Translations under genes and position numbers: made by a program
Assembly: GCA_028869095.1 (NCBI GenBank)
Contig: JAGWTE010000001.1
Span: forward strand, 1 to 48,735
Source of the DNA: Burkholderiales bacterium
GTDB taxonomy: Bacteria; Pseudomonadota; Gammaproteobacteria; Burkholderiales; Burkholderiaceae_C
DNA: 48,735 nt
Reading direction: 5' to 3'
Shown: in pieces, positions 21,239 through 31,669 of the stretch
How positions within the stretch are numbered: position 1 is the first letter of the stretch
How the letters are laid out: each line of letters starts with the position of its first letter
The notes under the pieces: model-generated
Databases searched by the model: none
Told to the model about the DNA's origin: nothing
The model's input: the letters and a program-made list of their open reading frames with translations, nothing else

Positions 21239-22011
21239 GTGGGGTGGTGTTCATCACCGGTGCCTCCAGCGGCATCGGTCAAGCCTTGGCCACGCGGTAT
21301 GCCCAAGCCGGTTGGCGCGTAGCCGTGGTGGCCCGGCGGGTACTGGCCATGCAAGATTGGGCTCGGGACCAGGGCCTGGGGCTGGACCGCTGCCGGGTCT
21401 ACGCGGCCGATGTGCGTGACGAGGCCCAACTGCTTTTGGCCGCACAAGCCTGCATGGCCGATTGGGGCGTGCCCGATGTGGTGATCGCCAATGCGGGCAT
21501 CAGCGTGGGCATTGACCTGAGCTATGCCGAAGACCTGGCCGTGTTGCGCGAGCTGATGGACACCAATGTGATGGGCCTGGCGGCCACGTTTCAGCCCTTC
21601 ATCGGGCCCATGAAACAGCGCGGCTCGGGCACCTTGGTGGGCGTGGCCAGTGTGGCCTCCATGCGCGGGCTGCCCGGCCATGCCGGCTACTGCGCGGCCA
21701 AAGGCGCGGTGGTGCAGTTGTGCGAAACCTTGCGGGGCGAGCTCAAACCCCATGGCGTGGCCGTGGTGACCGTGGCCCCCGGCTATGTGGACACGCCGCT
21801 CACGCGGGATAACGACTACCCCATGCCCTTTCTGATGGACCCGGATCGCTTTGCCGATCAGGCCTTTGCTGCCATTGAGGCACAGGTGCGCTGGCGCGTC
21901 ATTCCCTGGCAGATGGGCGTGGTGGCCACCGTGCTGAAATTCATGCCGCGGTGGTTGTTTGATGCGGTGGTCGGGGCACAACGCCACCGCAAGAAACGCC
22001 GACGTCAGTGA
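21235..22011 (+). CDS. Short-chain dehydrogenase/reductase
   Basis: TGASSGIG, ANAG, YCAAK. Confidence 0.9.
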   Translation: MSGVVFITGASSGIGQALATRYAQAGWRVAVVARRVLAMQDWARDQGLGLDRCRVYAADVRDEAQLLLAAQACMADWGVPDVVIANAGISVGIDLSYAEDLAVLRELMDTNVMGLAATFQPFIGPMKQRGSGTLVGVASVASMRGLPGHAGYCAAKGAVVQLCETLRGELKPHGVAVVTVAPGYVDTPLTRDNDYPMPFLMDPDRFADQAFAAIEAQVRWRVIPWQMGVVATVLKFMPRWLFDAVVGAQRHRKKRRRQ

Positions 22012-22473
22012 TCAGTCGCGGTCGTGGCCATGTCCGTGGCCGCGTCCGTGATCATGGCCTCGGCCATGTCCCCGATCATCGTCATCATCGCGGCGCTCAC
22101 GGTAGTCACGACGGTCATCGCGGTCGTCACGTTCATGACGGCTGCCCCAGCGAGGGTCGTCATCGCGCACAAAGTAAACGGGTTGGTTGCAAGCCTGATA
22201 GCGGCCGCAGTAGCGCGCCCAGTCCTTGGAGTGGCCGGGAGGCACGCGCAGGTAGATGGGGCGCTGTTGGTAGTAGACCGGGCGCTGCTCGATGATCACG
22301 GGCTGGGGGTAGATCACCAGGGGCGGGGGTTGGTCGCCCAAATCAATGCGACCGTAGAACCCGGGTTGGTTCACAGAGACGCTGACGCCCACATTGGTGG
22401 CCGCCATGGCGGAAGAGCTCAAGGCCGCGGCACCGAGCGTGGCCAGCAACAGACGAGACAGGATCGGGTTCAT
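22012..22473 (-). CDS. Exported hypothetical protein with R/D/H/G-rich tail
   Basis: Signal peptide AMA-A; VGVSVSVNQPGFYGRIDLG, VPPGH..W..YC..Y.AC; low-complexity C-terminus. Confidence 0.8.
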   Translation of the reverse strand: MNPILSRLLLATLGAAALSSSAMAATNVGVSVSVNQPGFYGRIDLGDQPPPLVIYPQPVIIEQRPVYYQQRPIYLRVPPGHSKDWARYCGRYQACNQPVYFVRDDDPRWGSRHERDDRDDRRDYRERRDDDDDRGHGRGHDHGRGHGHGHDRD

Positions 22474-22495
22474 GGGATTCCTTTTCAGCCTCTTC

Positions 22496-22528
22496 AAAAA
22501 CAAAAAGGCAATGCTTTAACGCATTGCC
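22496..22528 (-). terminator. Terminator downstream of the RRM gene
   Basis: GGCAATGC-6 nt-GCATTGCC stem followed by TTTTTGTTTTT on the minus strand. Confidence 0.7.
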
Positions 22529-22594
22529 CCCTTGGATCGATGACGTAACGACTTGTGATAAGCGCTACGCCGTCAATGTGATCTGCGGATCAGA

Positions 22595-23056
22595 TCAGTA
22601 GCCGCCGCCGTAGCCGCCGCCGTTGCCACCACGGCCACCGCCGTAGCCGCCACCGCCGCCTTCGCGACGACCACCACCGTAGCCACCGCCGCCGCCTTCA
22701 CGGCCGCCGCCGTAGCCACCACCGCCGCCTTCGCGACGGCCACCACCGTAGCCGCCACCGCCGCCGTTGCCACCACCGTAGGGGCTACGGAAGCCAGCAG
22801 GACGCTCTTCACGAGGACGAGCCTCGTTCACCACGACAGCGCGGCCAGCAACGGGTTGACCGTTCAGACCGTTGATCGCAGCTTGTGCTTCTGCATCGGA
22901 GCTCATTTCGACGAAGCCGAAACCTTTGGAGCGGCCGGTGTCACGATCCATCATGACCTTGGCGGAGCTCACGGCGCCGTATTGAGAGAAAGCGTCATTC
23001 AGATCCTGATCGCGCACGCTGTAGGCCAGATTGCCCACGTAAAGTTTGTTGCCCAC
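22595..23056 (-). CDS. RRM RNA-binding protein with glycine-rich tail
   Basis: RNP2 LYVGNL, RNP1 KGFGFVEM; GGGGYGGGR repeats; GTG start. Confidence 0.95.
   Translation of the reverse strand: MGNKLYVGNLAYSVRDQDLNDAFSQYGAVSSAKVMMDRDTGRSKGFGFVEMSSDAEAQAAINGLNGQPVAGRAVVVNEARPREERPAGFRSPYGGGNGGGGGYGGGRREGGGGGYGGGREGGGGGYGGGRREGGGGGYGGGRGGNGGGYGGGY
22598..22780 (-). repeat. Coding repeat GGGGYGGGR(R)E
   Basis: Recurrent ccgccgtagcc(g/a)cc units visible in the DNA. Confidence 0.8.
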
Positions 23057-23323
23057 GAGAGAGCCCCTTTCACTAACAAAGTAACCATGTGGAGCTTCAA
23101 CCCATCAGGACCCATTCCAAAGACGGTGCCGCTACCAGACACAGACTTGCTCATTATGGTTGAACAAACCACGTTCAGCTAGCGTTTGCAACCCTTATTT
23201 GTGCGTGAATGTCAACCTTCCGTGCGCGTTGTTGCACGCGTTCATCAATTATTCATGCGGGCTTGCCCCTATGATCGGGTTGGACTTGGCTACGAAAAAC
23301 CGCTTTTGGGGTGGACGAACCGG

Positions 23324-24268
23324 ATGACGAGCGAACGTTTTAACTGGTGGCGCGCCCTGGCGCAGGTGTTGGGCAGCATTGAGGCGGTGCGCGATGGCCG
23401 AGCCATGTATGTGCTGCTGGCGGCGTTTGCCGGTGCCGGGACGGCGCTGGCCATGGCACGTGGCGCTTTGGGGCAAGGGCAATTGCCCTGGGCCGTGCTG
23501 GAGGGGGCGCTGGGTTTGTTCATCGCGTTTTATGGCAGCCAGGCCGCCGGCCTGCTGTTGATGGACCGGGCGCTGGAGCGGCCACCGAGGGAGGTGGTCG
23601 ATGCCGTGGCCGACGCTTTGGGCGTGGCGCACCGGGTGTTGGTGGCTTTGCTGGTGCTCTTGCTGGTCGGGGCGGCTGCGTCGGCGGTGATCGTCGGCTT
23701 GTTCTGGTTGTGTGGCCTGGCCGTGGTCGGGCCTTGGCTGTATGCCTTGGTGGTGCCATTGACCGTGATCGCCATCGGGGTGATGCTGGTGGCCGGCGCC
23801 ACGGTGGTGGGGCCTTTGACGGGGCCGATCGTGTGGGCGGGGGCGTCTTCGTGGGGTACGGTGCGCCAGGTGGCCAACTTGCTGCGCCAACACCTGTTGC
23901 ACGCCACGGCCTTGATGGCCGGGCTCAGTTTGGTGACCGGCCTGGTGGGCGGGGGCGCCAGTGTGGTCGTGCTGGTGGCCGGCCGGGTGATGGCCGAGTT
24001 GTCGGTCGCGATTTTGGGCGTGACCGTGCCTGCCGAGATCCTGATGGGCGGGCTGCTGGGCCACGCGGTGCAGGCGGTGGACACCCAGGTGGTGTCGCCC
24101 GATGCCTTGCCCTATATTGCGGCGGCCAACGTGGGGGGCGGGGTGGTGTTCGGGCTCGCCCTGGTGTTGCCTACCTTGGTGTACCTGCGTGGGGTCTGCG
24201 AGATCTACCTGCTGCTGGCCCAGCGTGCGACCGCCGTGGGCGACGAGGTGCAGAACCCTCAGAAGTGA
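23324..24268 (+). CDS. Multi-pass membrane protein of unknown function
   Basis: Long ORF with several hydrophobic segments; start chosen at MTSERF. Confidence 0.7.
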   Translation: MTSERFNWWRALAQVLGSIEAVRDGRAMYVLLAAFAGAGTALAMARGALGQGQLPWAVLEGALGLFIAFYGSQAAGLLLMDRALERPPREVVDAVADALGVAHRVLVALLVLLLVGAAASAVIVGLFWLCGLAVVGPWLYALVVPLTVIAIGVMLVAGATVVGPLTGPIVWAGASSWGTVRQVANLLRQHLLHATALMAGLSLVTGLVGGGASVVVLVAGRVMAELSVAILGVTVPAEILMGGLLGHAVQAVDTQVVSPDALPYIAAANVGGGVVFGLALVLPTLVYLRGVCEIYLLLAQRATAVGDEVQNPQK

Positions 24269-25056
24269 GACAGGTAACCACCGTCCACGGCCAGGGTCTG
24301 TCCGGTGACATAACTGGCTGCGGGGCTGGCGAGGAACACGACGGCTCCGGCGATTTCGGCCGGTTGCCCCCAGCGGCCCAGTGAGGTGCGCCGCGACAGC
24401 CAGTTGGCCACCTCGGTATCGGCCACCATTTCGGTGTTGGCCTCGGTGGCAAAGTAGCCGGGCGCCACGGCGTTGACGTTGATGCCGCGTGGGCCCAACT
24501 CGGCCGCCAGCGCGCGGGTCAGGGCATCCAGTCCACCTTTGGCCGTGGTGTAGGCCACATCGCCCGCCCGCGAGATGGGGCCGGCAATCGAGGTGATGTT
24601 GATGATGCGGCCAATGCCGGGTGACATCATGCGCGCCGCTTCGCGTGACAAGGCCAGGGGGGCGATCAGGTTCACGTCCATCAGGTGGCGGACATCTTCC
24701 AGGCTGAAGGCATCGAGCGGTCGGCGGTCGCGCAGGCCGACGTTGTTGATCAGGATGTCCAGACCGCCGTGGAATTGCTGGATGCGATGGAGGGCCTGAT
24801 TGCGTTCGGTGTCATCGGTGATGTCAAAGACGGCCAGGTCCGGACGCGTGGCGCCGGGCACGTCTTCCATCACACGCAGGGCTTGCTGCAGGGCGGCTTT
24901 GTCGCGGCCGTTGAGCACGACGGTGGCGCCGGCTCGGGCCAGCGCTTTGGCCATTTCCAGCCCCAGACCTCGCGCGGCCCCTGTGATCAGGGCCACCCGG
25001 TCATCCAGCCGGAACATCGAAGCGGGGTTGGAAAAGGGGGTGAAATCTGAAGGCAT
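24259..25056 (-). CDS. SDR oxidoreductase (gluconate 5-dehydrogenase-like)
   Basis: [27 protein letters not shown]. Confidence 0.9.
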   Translation of the reverse strand: MPSDFTPFSNPASMFRLDDRVALITGAARGLGLEMAKALARAGATVVLNGRDKAALQQALRVMEDVPGATRPDLAVFDITDDTERNQALHRIQQFHGGLDILINNVGLRDRRPLDAFSLEDVRHLMDVNLIAPLALSREAARMMSPGIGRIINITSIAGPISRAGDVAYTTAKGGLDALTRALAAELGPRGINVNAVAPGYFATEANTEMVADTEVANWLSRRTSLGRWGQPAEIAGAVVFLASPAASYVTGQTLAVDGGYLSHF

Positions 25057-25092
25057 GCCATCATTGTGCGCCTGCAAATTTCACTTTGTCAC

Positions 25093-25512
25093 ATGCCGTC
25101 GCCCTTGCTGCCGTCTTCTGTCCGCGAATCCCAGCCATGTCCCTGTGGGCGCCCCGCTTCTTATGGGCAGTGCTGTGGGCGCTATCACACAGGGCCTCTG
25201 GCGGGGCAGGCACCAGACCCGGAGTCGCTGATGCGCTCGCGCTACTCGGCTTTCGTCTTGGACTTGCGCGACTATCTGTTGGGCACGTGGCACCCCCGCA
25301 CCCGCCCGCCCGAGATCGAGGCGCCGGAACCCGGGCTCAAGTGGCTGGGGCTGGACGTCAAAAAAGCCGCTTTGCTGGATGCGGACCGTGGCATGGTGGA
25401 ATTTGTGGCGCGCAGCAAATGGGGTGGACGAGCCCACCGCCTGCACGAGATCAGCGAGTTCGTCAGGGAAGACGGGCGTTGGTATTACACCCGGGCCTTG
25501 AATGAGGGTTGA
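25093..25512 (+). CDS. YchJ family protein (SEC-C-like motif)
   Basis: CPCG...CC, LMRSRYSAF, TWHP, VEFVA, E.S.F....GRWYY. Confidence 0.9.
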   Translation: MPSPLLPSSVRESQPCPCGRPASYGQCCGRYHTGPLAGQAPDPESLMRSRYSAFVLDLRDYLLGTWHPRTRPPEIEAPEPGLKWLGLDVKKAALLDADRGMVEFVARSKWGGRAHRLHEISEFVREDGRWYYTRALNEG

Positions 25513-25530
25513 GCCTGGGGCCGATGCCGC

Positions 25531-25815
25531 TCAACGCAGAGGCCAGTCTGACGCGTCGGCATCAAACCGGGTGTCGACTTCGAGCTTGGTGAGCCAGCGC
25601 ATGGCTTGTTCGCGGCTGTCGCCGCACATATCAGGGGCGGGCTGAAGAGAGCTGCAAACGGCCGGGCGCTCCGGCTGGCCAAACAAGCGGCAGCGCAGGG
25701 CCTCGTCCAAAAAAGGGCAGGGCACCCCGGCGGGTTTGCCTTGAGGGTAGCCGGGCAGGGGGGACGAGATGGACGGGGCGGTGCAACACGCGGCACAACC
25801 GGGGCGACAGTTCAT
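25531..25815 (-). CDS. YkgJ-family cysteine-cluster protein
   Basis: [11 protein letters not shown]...KPAGVPC..L....C......RPAVC. Confidence 0.85.
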   Translation of the reverse strand: MNCRPGCAACCTAPSISSPLPGYPQGKPAGVPCPFLDEALRCRLFGQPERPAVCSSLQPAPDMCGDSREQAMRWLTKLEVDTRFDADASDWPLR

Positions 25816-26039
25816 GCCCCGATTGTGCCTTGCCTGCGTGATGGCCCGACCGTGCGGACACGAGCAGGCTCCCCCTGTTTTTGTAAGGCGCCCATCGTAG
25901 AGCGTGATTTTTTGACGGGCCATCCCTAGTTTCTGTCTTGCGACACTGTGCTTTGGGGGCATCCAATCCAAGCTGAGGCAGGCGGGTTTGCCCTCAAGTC
26001 AGTAAAATGCTGGGTTGCTCAAAAAATAGGCAAAAGCCC

Positions 26040-28094
26040 ATGTTTTATCCCAAGGAATTCGATGTGATCGTGGTCGGTGGTGGCCACGCAGGTACCGAGG
26101 CTGCGCTGGCCGCCGCCCGCATGGGCTGTGCCACCTTGCTGTTGACGCACAACATCGAGACCCTGGGCCAGATGAGCTGCAACCCTTCGATCGGTGGCAT
26201 TGGCAAAGGCCATTTGGTCAAAGAGGTGGACGCGCTGGGTGGCGCCATGGCGGCGGCCACGGACGAAGGTGGCATCCAGTTTCGCATCCTCAACTCCAGC
26301 AAGGGGCCGGCCGTGCGCGCCACCCGTGCCCAGGCCGACCGCATTTTGTACAAGGCCGCCATTCGCCGCCGCCTGGAAGACCAGCCCAATCTGTGGCTGT
26401 TCCAACAGGCGGTGGACGACCTGATGGTGGAGGGCGACCGCGTGGTGGGCGCCGTCACCCAGGTGGGCATCCGCTTTCGCGGGCGGGCGGTGGTGCTGAC
26501 AGCGGGCACCTTCCTGGACGGCAAGATCCACGTGGGTCTGCAGAACTACAGCGCGGGCCGCGCCGGTGACCCGCCCGCGGTGTCGCTGTCGGCCCGCCTG
26601 AAAGAGTTGAAGTTGCCGCAGGGGCGCTTGAAGACGGGCACCCCGCCTCGCATTGATGGCCGCAGCATCGATTTCAGCAAGCTGACCGAACAGCCCGGTG
26701 ACGGCATGGACGGCAAAACGCCGATGCCGGTGTTCAGCTTCTTGGGGACACCGGAGCAGCATCCTGAGCAAATGCCGTGCTGGATCACCCATACCAACGA
26801 GCGCACCCACGACATCATCCGTTCGGGTTTTGACCGCAGTCCCATGTTCACGGGCGTGATCGAAGGGGTGGGGCCGCGCTATTGCCCCAGCATCGAAGAC
26901 AAGATCAACCGCTTTGCCGACAAGGACTCGCACCAGATTTTTCTGGAGCCCGAGGGCCTGACGACCAACGAGTTCTACCCCAACGGCATCAGCACCTCGC
27001 TGCCCTTTGACATCCAGTTGGCGGCCCTGCATTCCATGCCGGGGCTGGAGCACGCCTACATCCTGCGCCCCGGTTATGCGATCGAGTACGACTACTTTGA
27101 TCCGCGCGAGTTGAAGTCCAACTTTGAGACCAAGGCCATCCAGGGCCTGTTCTTTGCGGGGCAGATCAATGGCACCACGGGCTACGAAGAGGCGGCAGCC
27201 CAGGGCCTGTTTGCCGGTTTGAACGCCGCCTTGCAAGTGCAAGAGCGCGAGGCCTGGTCACCCCGCCGGGATCAGGCTTACTTGGGCGTGTTGGTAGACG
27301 ACCTGATCACCAAGGGCGTGACCGAGCCCTATCGCATGTTCACCAGCCGGGCGGAGTTCCGCCTGCAGTTGCGCGAAGACAATGCCGACATGCGCCTGAC
27401 AGAAATCGGTCGTGAACTGGGCTTGGTGGACGATGCACGCTGGTCTGCATTCAATCGCAAGCGCGACGCTGTTTCACGTGAAACAGAGCGCCTGAAGTCG
27501 ACTTGGGTGCGGCCTGCTACCTTGCCTGCTGTCGATGCGGAACGCCTGCTGGGCAAGGCGTTGGAGCGGGAATACAACCTGGGTGATTTGTTGCGCCGCC
27601 CCGGTGTGGACTACGACCGGGTATGCGAAGCCGGGGCGATTGCGGCAGTGCGGCAGGCTGCCTTGCGCTTGGAAGCGGGTAAAACCGAGTCCACAGAAGG
27701 CGGCCTTGTTTCACGTGAAACAAACCCTGTGGACCGGGAAGGTTTGCATGCGGAGTTGGGGGCAGCCTTGGCCGATGCCGTGGTGGAGCAGGTGGAGATC
27801 AGCATCAAGTACGCAGGCTACATCGACAAGCAAAATGACGAAGTCGAGCGGGCCGCGTACTACGAGAACCTGAAGCTGCCGGCAGATCTGGATTACATGC
27901 AGGTGTCGGCCTTGAGCATCGAGGCGCGGCAAAAGCTGAGCAAGCACAAGCCGGAAACCCTGGGCCAGGCCTCGCGGATCTCGGGTATCACGCCCGCCGC
28001 CGTGTCCTTGCTCTTGATTCACTTGAAGAAGGGACGGGTCAAGGGCTTTGTGCCTCAGGGTGAGGCTGGGGCCACGACCCGCGTGGCCGGTTGA
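26040..28094 (+). CDS. mnmG: tRNA modification enzyme MnmG (GidA)
   Basis: [55 protein letters not shown]. Confidence 0.98.
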   Translation: MFYPKEFDVIVVGGGHAGTEAALAAARMGCATLLLTHNIETLGQMSCNPSIGGIGKGHLVKEVDALGGAMAAATDEGGIQFRILNSSKGPAVRATRAQADRILYKAAIRRRLEDQPNLWLFQQAVDDLMVEGDRVVGAVTQVGIRFRGRAVVLTAGTFLDGKIHVGLQNYSAGRAGDPPAVSLSARLKELKLPQGRLKTGTPPRIDGRSIDFSKLTEQPGDGMDGKTPMPVFSFLGTPEQHPEQMPCWITHTNERTHDIIRSGFDRSPMFTGVIEGVGPRYCPSIEDKINRFADKDSHQIFLEPEGLTTNEFYPNGISTSLPFDIQLAALHSMPGLEHAYILRPGYAIEYDYFDPRELKSNFETKAIQGLFFAGQINGTTGYEEAAAQGLFAGLNAALQVQEREAWSPRRDQAYLGVLVDDLITKGVTEPYRMFTSRAEFRLQLREDNADMRLTEIGRELGLVDDARWSAFNRKRDAVSRETERLKSTWVRPATLPAVDAERLLGKALEREYNLGDLLRRPGVDYDRVCEAGAIAAVRQAALRLEAGKTESTEGGLVSRETNPVDREGLHAELGAALADAVVEQVEISIKYAGYIDKQNDEVERAAYYENLKLPADLDYMQVSALSIEARQKLSKHKPETLGQASRISGITPAAVSLLLIHLKKGRVKGFVPQGEAGATTRVAG
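27470..27485. promoter_or_regulatory. parS site 1 (inside mnmG)
   Basis: Perfect palindrome TGTTTCACGTGAAACA. Confidence 0.93.
27707..27722. promoter_or_regulatory. parS site 2 (inside mnmG)
   Basis: TGTTTCACGTGAAACA, extending to an 18-bp palindrome (27706-27723). Confidence 0.93.
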
Positions 28095-28262
28095 GGATGG
28101 GGTGATGCCGTGGCGCCTGCTCGGCGTCGAGCGGGGCAAGTGCGGTTTTCGACGCACAATTTGACAGTGTCGGGCGCGTCGCTTGGGCCTTCCTTTCTGA
28201 GGGTGGCGGGCGCACCGCTGTAATGGCTGGCCCGGCAACAAGGGCCGCTGGATGGAGACAGG

Positions 28263-29084
28263 ATGGCAATGGGAAAACGAGGACCTGTGGGTCGACGTGG
28301 TGGTGGCGATCCGACCGTGGTGTCGGCGTATGAGTTGCGCGGCGGCAAGGTGAGTGCGCCTCGCAAGGACGTGCGGGTGGTTCGCAAGGCGCCCGATCGT
28401 CCGGCCGTGGTGTGGACACCCGCGCAATGGCAGGAGGCCGTGTCACCCATGCTGGCGTACGTGGGCCTGGATCTGTCGAGCGAGCAACAACAGAAATTGG
28501 CTGCCTACCTGGCCATGCTGGCGCATTGGAATGGCACCTTCAACCTGACTGCGCTGCGCGATCCGCAGGACATGCTGACGCATCACCTGGCCGACTGCCT
28601 CGCGGTACTGGGCCCGTTGGGGCGTCACCTGGCGCAACATCCCTTAGCAAACAAGGCGCCGCGCTTGTTGGACGTGGGCAGTGGCGGGGGCTTGCCAGGC
28701 GTGGTTTTGGCCATTGCGCGTCCCGATGTGCAGGTCACCTGCGTGGACACCGTGGGCAAGAAAGCCGCGTTCATCCGGCAGGTGGCGGCCGAGTTGAAGT
28801 TGTCCAATCTGCGTGCCGAGCATGCACGGGTGGAGCAGCTCAAGGGCCAGTACGACGTGATCACCTCGCGTGCGTTTGCCTCGTTGCTGGACTTTGTCAC
28901 CCTGACCCAAGCCCTGTTGGCGCCTGGTGCGGTGTGGATGGCGATGAAGGGCAAAGTCCCCGTGGACGAGCAAGCGGTGTTGCCTGCGTCGGTGGACGTG
29001 TTCCACGTGGAACCCCTGGTGGTGCCGCAACTGGACGCCGAACGTTGCGTGGTCTGGATGCGGATGCCAGATCAAGGAAAGTGA
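28263..29084 (+). CDS. rsmG: 16S rRNA m7G527 methyltransferase
   Basis: WN..FNLTA, HLADCL, DVGSGGGLPG, SRAF; between mnmG and parA. The long N-terminus is uncertain. Confidence 0.93.
   Translation: MAMGKRGPVGRRGGGDPTVVSAYELRGGKVSAPRKDVRVVRKAPDRPAVVWTPAQWQEAVSPMLAYVGLDLSSEQQQKLAAYLAMLAHWNGTFNLTALRDPQDMLTHHLADCLAVLGPLGRHLAQHPLANKAPRLLDVGSGGGLPGVVLAIARPDVQVTCVDTVGKKAAFIRQVAAELKLSNLRAEHARVEQLKGQYDVITSRAFASLLDFVTLTQALLAPGAVWMAMKGKVPVDEQAVLPASVDVFHVEPLVVPQLDAERCVVWMRMPDQGK
28999..29014. promoter_or_regulatory. parS site 3 (inside rsmG)
   Basis: TGTTCCACGTGGAACC with 14-bp palindromic core. Confidence 0.88.
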
Positions 29085-29172
29085 AAAAAATACCTGTGCA
29101 AGGGCTTTTATCGTCAACCGAAACGGGGGCTCGGTGGTTAACCATGGGTAACCCATCACAAGGAGATACCTC

Positions 29173-29406
29173 ATGGCACAACTGACTTTCAAACGCATCG
29201 CTCTGGCCGCCGCTTTGTTCACCGCCTCGGCCGTGGCCATGGCTCAACAAGCTGCTCCCGCTCCGATGCCTGGCGAGCCTGCCGCTGCTCAAGCGCCTGC
29301 TGCCAGCAAGCCACACCATGCCAAGAAGCACCATGCTAAAAAGCACCACGCTGCCAAGAAGCACCACGCTAAAAAGCACCACGCCAAGAAGCACGCAGCT
29401 CAGTGA
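29173..29406 (+). CDS. Small exported His/Lys-rich protein
   Basis: AGGAG RBS; signal peptide AMA-Q; HHAKK repeats; own terminator. Confidence 0.85.
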   Translation: MAQLTFKRIALAAALFTASAVAMAQQAAPAPMPGEPAAAQAPAASKPHHAKKHHAKKHHAAKKHHAKKHHAKKHAAQ

Positions 29407-29452
29407 GTTGACTGAGCTGGCTGAGGGTCACCCGGTGTGACGCCTCGACACC

Positions 29453-29474
29453 ATGGGCCTTCGGGCCCATTTTT
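29453..29474 (+). terminator. Intrinsic terminator with UUCG loop
   Basis: ATGGGCC-TTCG-GGCCCAT-TTTT. Confidence 0.8.
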
Positions 29475-29545
29475 CTTGTCTGAATGTGTTGCCAGAGGCC
29501 CTTGGCGTCACAAGCTGTCGTGGATCCGCCGCGATAATTCCCACC

Positions 29546-30322
29546 ATGCCGCACATCTTCTGCATCGCCAATCAAAAGGGTGGGGTGGGCAAAACCACCA
29601 CCACAGTCAACCTGGCCGCCGGTCTGGCCAAGATCGGTCAACGGGTGTTGATCATCGACCTGGACCCGCAGGGCAACGCGACCATGGGCTCGGGGGTGGA
29701 CAAGCGCACCCTGGAGCAGACGGTGTACGACGTGCTGCTGGAGGCGGCCACCATCGCGCAGGCCCGCATCCGCAGCGAGAAGGCGGGCTACGATGTGCTG
29801 GGTGCCAACCGCGAACTGGCGGGCGCCGAGATCGAACTGGTCAATCTGGAGCGGCGCGACCGCCGTTTGAAGACGGCCATCGAAGCAGCGGCGGCCGATT
29901 ACGACTTCGTGCTGATTGACTGCCCGCCGTCACTCAGCCTGCTGACCCTCAATGGCTTGACCACGGCCCACGGTGTGATCGTGCCCATGCAGTGCGAGTA
30001 CTTCGCGCTGGAAGGACTGACCGATCTGGTCAACACGGTCAAGCAGGTGCATGCCAACCTGAACCGGGATCTGCAGTTGATCGGTTTGCTGCGGGTGATG
30101 TACGACCCGCGCATCACCTTGCAGCAACAGGTCAGCGATCAGCTCAAGGCGCACTTTGGCGAGAAGGTGTTTGACACCGTGATCCCGCGCAATGTGCGCC
30201 TGGCCGAAGCGCCCAGCTATGGGCTGCCGGGTGTGGTGTTTGACCCCAGCAGCAAGGGCGCGCAGGCCTTTGTGGCGTTCGCGGGCGAACTCGTGAAAAG
30301 GGTCGCACAAACGGCGCACTAG
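29546..30322 (+). CDS. parA: Chromosome partitioning ATPase ParA
   Basis: NQKGGVGKTTT, DLDPQGNAT, IDCPPSL, QCEYFALEG, IPRNVRLAEAPSYG. Confidence 0.97.
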   Translation: MPHIFCIANQKGGVGKTTTTVNLAAGLAKIGQRVLIIDLDPQGNATMGSGVDKRTLEQTVYDVLLEAATIAQARIRSEKAGYDVLGANRELAGAEIELVNLERRDRRLKTAIEAAAADYDFVLIDCPPSLSLLTLNGLTTAHGVIVPMQCEYFALEGLTDLVNTVKQVHANLNRDLQLIGLLRVMYDPRITLQQQVSDQLKAHFGEKVFDTVIPRNVRLAEAPSYGLPGVVFDPSSKGAQAFVAFAGELVKRVAQTAH

Positions 30323-30439
30323 GGTGATGACCGGGTGGTTTTTCGGTCACCCCAGGCGTAGAGTGGGCTCCTCGTCGCTTTCAGATTTTCAGCAATTTCC
30401 GTTTTGCTGATCCATTCGAAACGAACCAGGGGCTCGCTC

Positions 30440-31611
30440 ATGAAGCGCATGTTGATCACCGCCGCGATGGCGGGTGCTTGCTCAATGTCCCACAGGCCAT
30501 CACGCTGGATGCGGATGGCAAATTCCAACTCACGGGCTTTTACGAGCTCACGGCAGGCAAGGTGCTGTCGGGTGAGTCCAAACAGTTTGGCCTCAAGAAC
30601 TGGACCTACCAGCAATGGAACTGTCCATGTTCGATCCAGAACTGGGAGTACGTGGGCGTGTATGAAAAGGGGCGGGGTTGGCAGGCGGACCTGGAGTCCC
30701 TGTTTGGCTTGCAGCTGAACGCCCACCTGGCCCCGGCCTTGTCGGCCACCGCACAGGTGGTGATGCGACCGAAGAATCACGAATCGGGCGACTGGGTGCC
30801 CACGCTGGATTGGGCCTATGCCAGCTGGCAAGTCAATGACGAGTGGAGCTTGCAGGCCGGGCGCAAGCGCATCCCCTTGTACTACTACAGCGACTACCTG
30901 TATGTGGGCTATGCCTACCCGTGGGTGCGGCCCTCGGCCGATGTGTATGGTTGGCCCATCTTCACCTATGACGGCGTGACCGCCTTGTACACGCGTCAGT
31001 TGGGCAACACCGACTGGACCTTGAATGCGAGCGCCTGGACGGGGCAGTCCGGCGAGAGCAAGAAGAACGCTTACAACACCTTGATCTATTACGGCCAGCC
31101 TGAAATCCACGAGCGCTGGGACCGGATCAATGGCGCCTGGGTGGCTTTGTCCAATGGGATCGTTGAAGGTCGTTTGATGACGATGACCCATCAAGAGACC
31201 ACGACCCAGCCGGATGGCCTGGGCGTGATCAACGACCATGTGTTCACTCGCTTGATGGCCGCCTCGGTCAATGTGGACTACGAGCAGTGGGTGTTGCGTT
31301 CGGAGTTGAACCAGTTCCAGCAGCGTCCGCATGAGCCCACACGGTTCATTTACGACTACTTTTTGCTGGGCGCGGGCTACAAGGTGGGCAAGGTCTTGCC
31401 CATGGTGACCTTGTCGCGTTATGCCGTGGCGCCCAATAGCTTGGTGGCCCGTGAAGGGCATCGCACCATGGCCTACAGCTTGCGCTGGGACTTTGCCAAG
31501 AACACGGCGCTCAAGGTCGAGTACGACGTGGGCCAGGACAAGTCCGAGTACAGCTACCCCTTCTTTGGCGACAGCAAATTGTTGTCGGTGTCTCTGCAAG
31601 GCACGTTCTGA
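30440..31611 (+). CDS. Outer-membrane beta-barrel (porin-like) protein, copy 2, with apparent frameshift near 30490
   Basis: Body ORF 30478-31611 has DWAYASW, QAGR, LRWDF..TALK and terminal F; a signal peptide starts at ATG 30440 in another frame. Confidence 0.75.
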
Positions 31612-31669
31612 AGCCTGCTGGCGGTGACCGGCCCACGGCAGGTGTGGGCGTGGAGCGAAGGAGTTCCAA

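Noticed and set aside
20612-22011. lptC not followed by lptA/lptB
   Set aside because: To my knowledge kdsD-kdsC-lptC beside an SDR gene is common in Burkholderiales, so it is not evidence of loss.
22598-22780. Repetitive DNA considered as a CRISPR-like array (also 29314-29400)
   Set aside because: Explained by low-complexity coding repeats; no repeat-spacer structure and no cas genes.
28095-28262. Possible riboswitch between mnmG and rsmG
   Set aside because: Only short GC-rich stems and no recognisable aptamer consensus.
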